A stretch of DNA of 64,000 bases from an uncultured candidate division Zixibacteria bacterium (GTDB lineage Bacteria; Zixibacteria; MSB-5A5; GN15; FEB-12), in contig CAWDXE010000001.1 of assembly GCA_963806185.1 (NCBI GenBank), positions 992,001-1,056,000 on the forward strand, given 5' to 3'. A program made the position numbers and the translations under genes. The notes beneath the pieces are model-generated. The model was not told the DNA's origin, did no database searches, and saw only the letters and a program-made list of their open reading frames with translations. Of this stretch, positions 56,907-64,000 are shown in pieces (the stretch's first letter is position 1; each line of letters begins with the position of its first letter).

Positions 56907-58709
56907 ATGAAGAAGTCTAATACGAAGGCACCACAACCCAAATCACCGGTTCAAGCGACCCTACCTGTTGTCGCCTGGCTGGGGGCGCTTGCCCTCATTG
57001 CCGTGGCCACCATCGCGTCTCTGATGCTGTCGCTCAAACACATCTGGGCCATCGACTTGATCGGCTGCGGCCGGGGCGGCGGATGCGATGAAGTCATCCG
57101 CGGATCGTGGGGCATTCTCCTTGGCTGGCCTGTGGCCTTCGTTGGTCTGGCGTATTTTGCCGGCTGGTTTGTGTTTTGTTTGATGAGCCGACAATCCTCA
57201 ACACCATCCTGGCTGCGCCTGATTGCCTCGCTCGGTAGTCTGGTGTCGCTCTTCTATATCGCCATCATGATTGTTGACGGTCACTACTGCGTGTGGTGCT
57301 TCACTGCCCACGTGGCCAATCTCCTGTTTACCCTTCTCCTCTGGATGAACTGGCGATTCTCGTCGGCACCTGTTCCCCGGTTGCCGCTGGTGACCGCGGC
57401 TCTCATCGGCGTACTGCTTCTGGCGGCGAGCCGTCTGACCTACGCCACCCGCTCGCAGGCTGCCACGGCTCGCGAGGCCGCCAGCGCCGCCGAATCCATT
57501 GCCAACATCAGCGCACCGACGGAGCAATCGAGAATATTTGGCGGCCGTTTTTGGAGCGGTGCGGTGAATGCCGACGTTCGCGTGGTGGTTTTTCACGACT
57601 ACCAGTGCGAATTATGTCACGAGGTCGAGGTGCAGCTTTTGTCGCTCTTGAACTCACGTACTGACGTGGCGCTGTCGTACAAGCAGTGGCCGTTCGACGC
57701 TTCCTGCAACGAACAGATGCACGGCAGTTCGCCTCATCCCGAAGCGTGTCTGGCTGCGAAGGCCGTAGAAGCTGCGGGCATTCTGGGCGGCGCGCGCGCC
57801 TACTGGTCGATGCATAACGCGCTTATGCGCGCGAACAGTATGACACAGGAGTACATAATCAATCTGGCCGTCCAGTCCGGTCTTGACCGCGTGGCGTTTG
57901 CCGCGACCATGCAGTCGCCTCAGGTAGACAGCCTCATTCAATCCGACATTGCCGAAGGTGTTGCCTACGGTCTGACCTATACCCCGCTCATCTTCGTCAA
58001 CGGTTACCCCGTGCGTGGCTGGCGGACGGCCGGCGCCCTTCCCGAGGCTATCAATCGGGCCGCCCTCTTTGCCAAACAGCAACCGAAAGCAGCCGATCTC
58101 CCCGACTCGGCCGCGTACGAACAACTGGCCATCTGGCAATCAACCCAACCAACTGCCACTCTCCCCGAAGTGGATCGCCCTGCTCTGCTCGGGCCCGGCA
58201 ACGCGACAAACACGATTGTCATGTTCGGCGACCTCACCTGCCCGTTTAATGCCGCGGCTATGAATGTCCTGAGACCGATTATCGAATCACGCACCGATAC
58301 CCGGCTGTTGTTCTATCACTTTCCTCTCGACCTTGACTGCAATCCACTTCTCAAACAGCAAATCAATCAGTTCGCCTGCGAGGCCACGCGGATCGTCGAG
58401 GGCATCCGTCTCCAGAAGGGGGATGATGCATACAAACAGGCCTGCCTTTGGGTGATCGCCAATCGGGAACGCATCGGCGCCTCCGCCATGGCTGAGCTGG
58501 GACAGCTTTTTGGCCTCGATGCCCCCGCGGTCGCTGCACTGCTGTCGTCGGACCAGACCGCGGCCCTGCTCAAGAAGGACATGGACCGCGCGGTGGCGCT
58601 GAATATTACCACCTCGCCGACCATCTACATTAACGGTAAGTTAGTGCCCAACTGGCGGATACCAGGGCTCTTTCCGAAGATACTCGACGCCGCCCGCATC
58701 AAACCATAG
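56907..58709 (+). CDS. VKOR (vitamin K epoxide reductase family) fused to two DsbA-like thioredoxin domains
   Basis: GCGRGGGCDEV loop Cys pair, GWPVAFVG..YF, YCVWC in a TM segment; DsbA1 FHDYQCELC...TYTPLIFVNG; DsbA2 FGDLTCPFN...TSPTIYING. Confidence 0.88.
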   Translation: MKKSNTKAPQPKSPVQATLPVVAWLGALALIAVATIASLMLSLKHIWAIDLIGCGRGGGCDEVIRGSWGILLGWPVAFVGLAYFAGWFVFCLMSRQSSTPSWLRLIASLGSLVSLFYIAIMIVDGHYCVWCFTAHVANLLFTLLLWMNWRFSSAPVPRLPLVTAALIGVLLLAASRLTYATRSQAATAREAASAAESIANISAPTEQSRIFGGRFWSGAVNADVRVVVFHDYQCELCHEVEVQLLSLLNSRTDVALSYKQWPFDASCNEQMHGSSPHPEACLAAKAVEAAGILGGARAYWSMHNALMRANSMTQEYIINLAVQSGLDRVAFAATMQSPQVDSLIQSDIAEGVAYGLTYTPLIFVNGYPVRGWRTAGALPEAINRAALFAKQQPKAADLPDSAAYEQLAIWQSTQPTATLPEVDRPALLGPGNATNTIVMFGDLTCPFNAAAMNVLRPIIESRTDTRLLFYHFPLDLDCNPLLKQQINQFACEATRIVEGIRLQKGDDAYKQACLWVIANRERIGASAMAELGQLFGLDAPAVAALLSSDQTAALLKKDMDRAVALNITTSPTIYINGKLVPNWRIPGLFPKILDAARIKP

Positions 58710-58798
58710 CTTCCTTTTCCCCTTGTTTTTGACGTTGGTTACCCCTACGTTCCCCAAGCAAAAGCGGCCTGTCCGACAGCCGCAAAAGAGAGTGATAC

Positions 58799-59476
58799 GT
58801 GGAGTTTTTTTCAAGCGTTCTTGACCTGTTCCTGCACCTGGATGTCCACCTGCAGGAGTTGATTACTACCTACGGTGTCTGGATCTACGCCATTCTCTTT
58901 GTCACCGTTTTCTGCGAAACAGGCCTGGTCATCACCCCTTTTCTCCCGGGCGATTCGCTGCTCTTTGCCGCGGGTACCTTTGCCGCGACCGGCGCCCTGA
59001 ATCTCTGGCTCCTGATGGGCACCCTTATGGTTGCCACCATTCTTGGTGACATTACCAACTACACGATCGGCTATCGCGTAGGCCACCGTCTTTTCCCCCT
59101 CCTGACCTTTCGTGGCCACCGTCTCGTCAAGCAGGAACACCTTGATCGCACGCACGCCTTTTACGAGAAGTATGGCGGCAAGACCATCATCATTGCCCGC
59201 TTCGTGCCGATCGTCCGCACCTTCACGCCGTTTGTCGCCGGCGTCGGCAAGATGACCTATCTCAGGTTCATCTCCTATTGCGTGGCCGGTGCCTTTCTCT
59301 GGGTCGTGGGACTCTCGACCCTCGGGTATCTCTTTGGCAACATTCCGATCGTACGCAAGAATTTCTCAGTCGTGATTCTCGCCATTATCATCATCTCGAC
59401 ACTTCCTGCCATTATCGAGTGGTGGCGACACCGTCGAGCCTCCCGCGTTGCGGCTGAAAATTCAGGGGACAAATAG
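58799..59476 (+). CDS. dedA: DedA family membrane protein
   Basis: FCETGLV..PFLPGDSLLF.AG, GDITNY.IG, KYGGKTIIIARFVPIVRTF.PFVAG. Confidence 0.93.
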   Translation: MEFFSSVLDLFLHLDVHLQELITTYGVWIYAILFVTVFCETGLVITPFLPGDSLLFAAGTFAATGALNLWLLMGTLMVATILGDITNYTIGYRVGHRLFPLLTFRGHRLVKQEHLDRTHAFYEKYGGKTIIIARFVPIVRTFTPFVAGVGKMTYLRFISYCVAGAFLWVVGLSTLGYLFGNIPIVRKNFSVVILAIIIISTLPAIIEWWRHRRASRVAAENSGDK

Positions 59477-59484
59477 GCGATACC

Positions 59485-61140
59485 ATGGGCGACCTACTGG
59501 CCGGATCACCTCTTCTTCTGCTCTTTGTCGTGATTGGTGTCGGCTATCTGGTCGGCAGTATTCGCATTTTCGGCTTCAGCCTCGGCGTGGCTGCTGTGCT
59601 GTTCGCGGGCATGGCCTTTGGCGCGCTTGATCCGCGACTCATCCTTCCCGAATACATCTACATCATCGGCTTGGTGCTGTTTGTCTATGCGATCGGCCTT
59701 CAGGCCGGTCCCGGCTTTTTCGCCTCGTTTCGCAAGCGGGGTCTGCGTTCGAGCGGTTTAGCTGTCCTCCTTCTCACCGTGGCTGCCGCAGTATCAATCG
59801 CCTTGTATGCGTTCATGGATATCTCCGCTCCCGCCATCGCCGGCCTGTTCTGCGGAGCGCTCACCAACACCCCTGCCCTCGCGGCCTCGCTTGAGACGAT
59901 CAACTCCTTCGCCGGAAGATTCTCCGCCGAGGCGCTCTCCCTGTATAAGAGCGCTCCGGTGGTTGCCTACGGTCTGGCGTATCCGATAGGCGTGTTTGGC
60001 GTCATCTTCTGGTTCTACCTGTTCTCCCGGTACTTCAAGATCGACTTTGCAAAAGAAGAAGCCGATCGTCTGAAACAATCCGGCTCGGAAAATATCCTTA
60101 GCAAGACCTATCGCATTATCAACCCGGCCCTGCACGGCAAGACCGTTGCCCAAATGCTTGAATCGTTCGGCCGCACCGGTTTTGTGCTCAGCCGCATTAA
60201 GAAGGGTGAAACTATTGAAGTGGTCGCCCCGGAGACCGTGCTGCATCGGGACGATCAAATTGTCGCCGTCGGCCCGGAACGATCGCAGGAAATCGCCCGC
60301 ATTCTCTTTGGCGAGGAATCCGCCGAACATATCCAGGAACGGCGCGACGACATGAGTTATCGCCGTGTCTTCGTCTCCAATAAGGAAGTGATCGGCAAGA
60401 CGGTTGATCAACTCCGCTACGATCGCCCCTTCCAGGGAGCCATCACCCGCCTGCGTCGCGGCGACGTCGAGTTTGTCCCTACCCCCGACACCATTCTCGA
60501 ACGCGGCGACCGCATTCTGGTCGTCTCGCGACGGGAGCGCGCCGATGAAATTGCCTCCCTCTTCGGAGATTCTATCAAATCAATCTCTGAAGCCGACTTT
60601 CTGTCCCTCTCGCTCGGCGTCGTGATTGGCGTGTTTCTCGGCATGATCCCCTTCCCGATGCCGGGAGGATTGACCTTCAAGCTCGGTTTTGCCGGCGGAC
60701 CACTGGTTGTAGGATTGATTCTTGGCCGACTCGAACGGACCGGCCCGATCATCTGGGGCATGCCCTTCACCGCCAACCTGGTGTTGCGCCAGATCGGTCT
60801 GGTCTTTTTCCTGGCCGCCATCGGCACGCGAGCCGGAACCGGCTTCGGTGCGACCTTCCACGCCGGTGGTGTCTCATTGATTGTCGCCGGTGCGCTGATA
60901 ACGACGGGAGTGACGATCGCCGCCATCCTCATCGGCTATCGCTATTTCAAACTGCCGTTTTCTGCGGTGATGGGTTTGATGTCCGGCATTCAGACACAGC
61001 CCGCCTGTCTGGCGTACGCCAACGAACGCACCAACAGCGAACTGCCCAATATCTGGTATGCCACCGTCTACCCGGCGTCGATGATCGCCAAGATCATCCT
61101 GGCGCAGATTATCGTCTCGGTGTTACTGGCGTTTCTATAG
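59485..61140 (+). CDS. AspT/YidE/YbjL family antiporter with TrkA-C domains
   Basis: GLVLFVYAIGLQAGPGFF, GALTNTPALA, YPIGVFG, two TrkA-C domains, GGPLVVGLILG, GIQTQPACL, YATVYP. Confidence 0.9.
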   Translation: MGDLLAGSPLLLLFVVIGVGYLVGSIRIFGFSLGVAAVLFAGMAFGALDPRLILPEYIYIIGLVLFVYAIGLQAGPGFFASFRKRGLRSSGLAVLLLTVAAAVSIALYAFMDISAPAIAGLFCGALTNTPALAASLETINSFAGRFSAEALSLYKSAPVVAYGLAYPIGVFGVIFWFYLFSRYFKIDFAKEEADRLKQSGSENILSKTYRIINPALHGKTVAQMLESFGRTGFVLSRIKKGETIEVVAPETVLHRDDQIVAVGPERSQEIARILFGEESAEHIQERRDDMSYRRVFVSNKEVIGKTVDQLRYDRPFQGAITRLRRGDVEFVPTPDTILERGDRILVVSRRERADEIASLFGDSIKSISEADFLSLSLGVVIGVFLGMIPFPMPGGLTFKLGFAGGPLVVGLILGRLERTGPIIWGMPFTANLVLRQIGLVFFLAAIGTRAGTGFGATFHAGGVSLIVAGALITTGVTIAAILIGYRYFKLPFSAVMGLMSGIQTQPACLAYANERTNSELPNIWYATVYPASMIAKIILAQIIVSVLLAFL

Positions 61141-61146
61141 AGGGAA

Positions 61147-61497
61147 TCACGCGGTCTTGTCGTCCTCACCCGACCGGTAGGCAATCACTGACACTTTCTC
61201 AATCGTAATCAATCCCTCTCCCACCAGACTATCCAGCTCGGGCAGAAAGCCGGCCAGCCGTTCCTCGCGGTCGACGATTTCAATCACCATCGGAAGATCC
61301 TCGGACAGGCGCAAAACCTTCTGCGTATGAATCCGGCTGTGCGCGCCGAAGCCGGTGATTCCTCGCAGCACCGTCGCACCGGCCAGGCCATATTTTCGGG
61401 CCGCCTCGACAATGACTTCATACAGCGGGCGACCGTGAGCTTTGTCACTCTCGCCGATGAAGATGCGCACCAGTTTGGCTTCGGATTCGAGTTTCAT
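61147..61497 (-). CDS. DUF190 (PII-like) protein
   Basis: RIFIGESD, GLAGATVLRGI.GFG, LSEDLP.VIEIVD; follows crcB. Confidence 0.9.
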   Translation of the reverse strand: MKLESEAKLVRIFIGESDKAHGRPLYEVIVEAARKYGLAGATVLRGITGFGAHSRIHTQKVLRLSEDLPMVIEIVDREERLAGFLPELDSLVGEGLITIEKVSVIAYRSGEDDKTA

Positions 61498-61508
61498 GGG
61501 ATCTCTCC

Positions 61509-61880
61509 TCACCGCCGACCCAGCACCATGCCCATGTAGAGCAGCAGGATGCCCAGCCCGTTTTGCACGACCACATTTATTCCGGCGAACAGCCACTGGC
61601 CGTCGCGAAGAAACTGCGTTGTCTCGAATGCGAACGAAGAAAAGGTGGTGAAGCCACCGAGAAAGCCGATCAGAATGATCGCCCGCATCTCCGGACTAAT
61701 GGTCCATCTCCCCTCAGCCAGCGCCCAAAGGACACCGAACAGAAAGCAGCCGGCGAGATTCACCGCCAGAGTTCCCCACGGATACGAGGCGGGCAGGTAG
61801 CGGTGGACCAGCCCTCCCAGCCCATAGCGAAGTCCCGATCCCAGTCCACCCGCCAGCATGATCAACAGTAGTTTCGTCAT
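61509..61880 (-). CDS. crcB: Fluoride channel Fluc/CrcB
   Basis: GGLGSGLRY, PWGTLAVNLAGCF, GFLGGFTTFSSF..E. Confidence 0.95.
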   Translation of the reverse strand: MTKLLLIMLAGGLGSGLRYGLGGLVHRYLPASYPWGTLAVNLAGCFLFGVLWALAEGRWTISPEMRAIILIGFLGGFTTFSSFAFETTQFLRDGQWLFAGINVVVQNGLGILLLYMGMVLGRR

Positions 61881-62016
61881 CGATGATTCAATCGTCCTGC
61901 TGAGATAGACTATGGTGTACTCGCGTTCATGTCAACGATGAACCGTACGGGCGATCCGTGTCCGTCATTGACACGCGCCGTTGAAGGCGATATATCTGCT
62001 CGATGAGGATGCAGCC

Positions 62017-63243
62017 GTGACGACACCCTCCGCCGGCCTTCGCCGCATGGCCGACTTCTTCGGTCTCCGCCGAAGCATGGTCGGCCTTCTGTCGATGGTC
62101 ATTCTCGTCGGTATGGGCGAGAAGATGGCTGAGCGCTTCCTGCCTATCTACCTGATCGCCCTCGGCGGCGGTGCTATTTCCGTCGGCCTGCTCAACGGTC
62201 TCGACAATCTCCTTTCCGCACTCTATTCCTTTCCCGGCGGGTACCTTGCCGATCGGCTGGGGGCCAAGCGGGCGCTGATGGTCTTCAACCTGATCGCCAT
62301 GGTCGGCTTCGTGATCGTGATTGCCATCCCCACCTGGCCGGCGGTGATCGGCGGTTCTGCCCTTTTCCTGTCGTGGACAGCCATTTCGCTTCCCGCCACG
62401 ATGGGCCTGGTGGCCCGTGTCCTGCCAAAGAACAAACGCACTATGGGAGTTTCGATGCACTCTCTCGTGCGCCGTTTCCCCATGGCCTTGGGTCCTCTGG
62501 TCGGTGGGTTTTTCATTGCGGCCTGGGGCGAGACAACCGGTGTGCGGCTCGCCTTCGTAGCGGCTCTTGGCATGGCGCTCATTGCCGCCGTGATGCAGCA
62601 AATTCTCATTGAAGACGATCACGAGGCCGCTCGCGGAGACAAGCCGGTCGAAAAGAATCCCCTGGTGATGGCTCGTCAAATGAGCCCCGCCTTGCGCAGC
62701 CTTCTCGTCTCCGATATCCTGATCCGTTTCGCGGAGCAGATTCCGTACGCCTTTGTCGTCATCTGGTGCATGAAAGAAATCAGCAGTCCGGTGAGTGCGG
62801 TTGAATTCGGCGTTCTCACGACGATCGAGATGGCCACCGCCGTACTCTGCTATATCCCGGTGGCCTACCTTGCTGACCGATCTCAGAAGCGCCCGTTCGT
62901 CATTATCACCTTCATTTTCTTCACCCTCTTCCCGTTGGCGCTAATTTACTGCCACTCATTCTGGCCGTTGGTGGCGGCGTTCGTTCTGCGCGGCTTGAAG
63001 GAATTCGGCGAACCGACCCGAAAGGCGCTGATTATGGATTTGGCCCCCGCTGGTCGCGAGGCCGCCATGTTCGGAACTTACTATCTGATCCGCGACACGA
63101 TTGTTTCGCTGGCGGCGTTTGGCGGTGCTTTCCTCTGGATGCGGAGTCCCGCCGTCAATTTCCTGACCGCCTTTGCCTTTGGTGTTGCCGGCACCCTATG
63201 GTTTGCCTGGAAAGGTAAAGACGTCTCACACGCCGAGTCTTGA
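62017..63243 (+). CDS. Major facilitator superfamily transporter
   Basis: GGYLADRLGAK, AYLADRSQKR, about 12 TM segments; GTG start after GAGGA. Confidence 0.88.
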   Translation: MTTPSAGLRRMADFFGLRRSMVGLLSMVILVGMGEKMAERFLPIYLIALGGGAISVGLLNGLDNLLSALYSFPGGYLADRLGAKRALMVFNLIAMVGFVIVIAIPTWPAVIGGSALFLSWTAISLPATMGLVARVLPKNKRTMGVSMHSLVRRFPMALGPLVGGFFIAAWGETTGVRLAFVAALGMALIAAVMQQILIEDDHEAARGDKPVEKNPLVMARQMSPALRSLLVSDILIRFAEQIPYAFVVIWCMKEISSPVSAVEFGVLTTIEMATAVLCYIPVAYLADRSQKRPFVIITFIFFTLFPLALIYCHSFWPLVAAFVLRGLKEFGEPTRKALIMDLAPAGREAAMFGTYYLIRDTIVSLAAFGGAFLWMRSPAVNFLTAFAFGVAGTLWFAWKGKDVSHAES

Positions 63244-63246
63244 GCG

Positions 63247-63846
63247 TTATTTCGCTTTGCCGATCCAGTTGAGTGGATCGAGGATACTCTTCGGAAAGGT
63301 CGGTGCTGATATGAGGGTTTTGTCGCTGACGTGGCGCAAGTCCTCAATCGTGTAAAAGGCATCGGGATGGCGTGCTCTGATGACCCCAACTACCTCCCCG
63401 AGTCGCGCGCGCGGCACAACCGTATAGAGCATCTCCACCGGCCCCAGAGCGCCATGCCCTTCCACCCGGGTGACTCGAAAATCGTTGGCGATCAGATACA
63501 TCATCATGTCCGCCGCATCCTGCGTCAGAATCAAGCGCACCAGGAGCGTCCCCATCGATAGCTTGCGCTCGATCGTCATGCCGACGTAGGTCCCGGTCGC
63601 GAACCCACCCGCATAAGCGAGATAATTGGGCACACTCGTCAGATTCTGGACAATCTGACTGATCGCCAGCAGCCAGATCAGGACCTCAAAGAACGCGAGA
63701 ATCGAGGCGACCTTGCGCTTACCCCGGCCGACTAGAATGATCTTGAGCGTTCCGCACGAGACATCCACAATTCGAGCACAGAAAATGAGAATTGGCACTA
63801 CCGCAGGAGGATAGCTGGTGATGTTTATCATTGCGGGAATGTCCAT
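63247..63846 (-). CDS. UPF0316 / DUF2179-DUF5698 membrane protein
   Basis: IFCARIVDVSCGTL, FFEVLIW, YAGGFATGTYVGM.IE, PDAF. Confidence 0.85.
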   Translation of the reverse strand: MDIPAMINITSYPPAVVPILIFCARIVDVSCGTLKIILVGRGKRKVASILAFFEVLIWLLAISQIVQNLTSVPNYLAYAGGFATGTYVGMTIERKLSMGTLLVRLILTQDAADMMMYLIANDFRVTRVEGHGALGPVEMLYTVVPRARLGEVVGVIRARHPDAFYTIEDLRHVSDKTLISAPTFPKSILDPLNWIGKAK

Positions 63847-64000
63847 AGTTCGACCGAAACTCCAAGGACGCAATCTGGGATTTGATGGATATCCAGGCAA
63901 GGGAAAACGGGGATATCTTTCCGCTCTTCGTGCCGAACACTAATTGCTTTGCTGCACTGACTGAATCATACTTCCCGCATGGACCTCACCGTTCTGATTA

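Noticed and set aside
61881..61935. Expected fluoride riboswitch upstream of crcB
   Set aside because: A TTGACA-17-TAGTCT promoter lies about 30 nt from the ATG, leaving no room, and no motif is present.

Overview
Bacterial chromosomal window, GC-rich, that spans the replication origin (mrp - DnaA boxes - dnaA - DnaA boxes/unwinding element - dnaN - recF). The rest is mostly housekeeping and envelope genes. Four secreted proteins share a Cys-braced dockerin-like C-terminal domain, and ileS-dksA-lspA are adjacent. Together these suggest an FCB-group organism, most likely candidate phylum Zixibacteria (inference, no database search). Highlights: (1) a hidden probable selenoprotein operon at 22.9-23.9 kb, missed by the ORF track. 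It holds a small membrane protein with an in-frame TGA and an FmdB zinc-ribbon protein ending in TGA, each followed by a GGUC-loop SECIS-like hairpin, then a thioredoxin-fold lipoprotein. (2) A secreted cupredoxin carrying 17 Cys-rich repeats (about 100 Cys), next to a VKOR-DsbA-DsbA fusion. (3) The shared C-terminal module on diverse secreted enzymes. (4) A RAYT transposase flanked by inverted GTAG REPs, plus a dispersed REP. (5) A TPP riboswitch in front of a TonB receptor and a sodium symporter. (6) A type-2 IleRS with the GIHH motif. (7) Several apparently leaderless genes. (8) Two disrupted genes: mutM (frameshift) and a CotH gene (Trp to TAG); both may be sequencing errors. No rRNA, tRNA or CRISPR array was seen.
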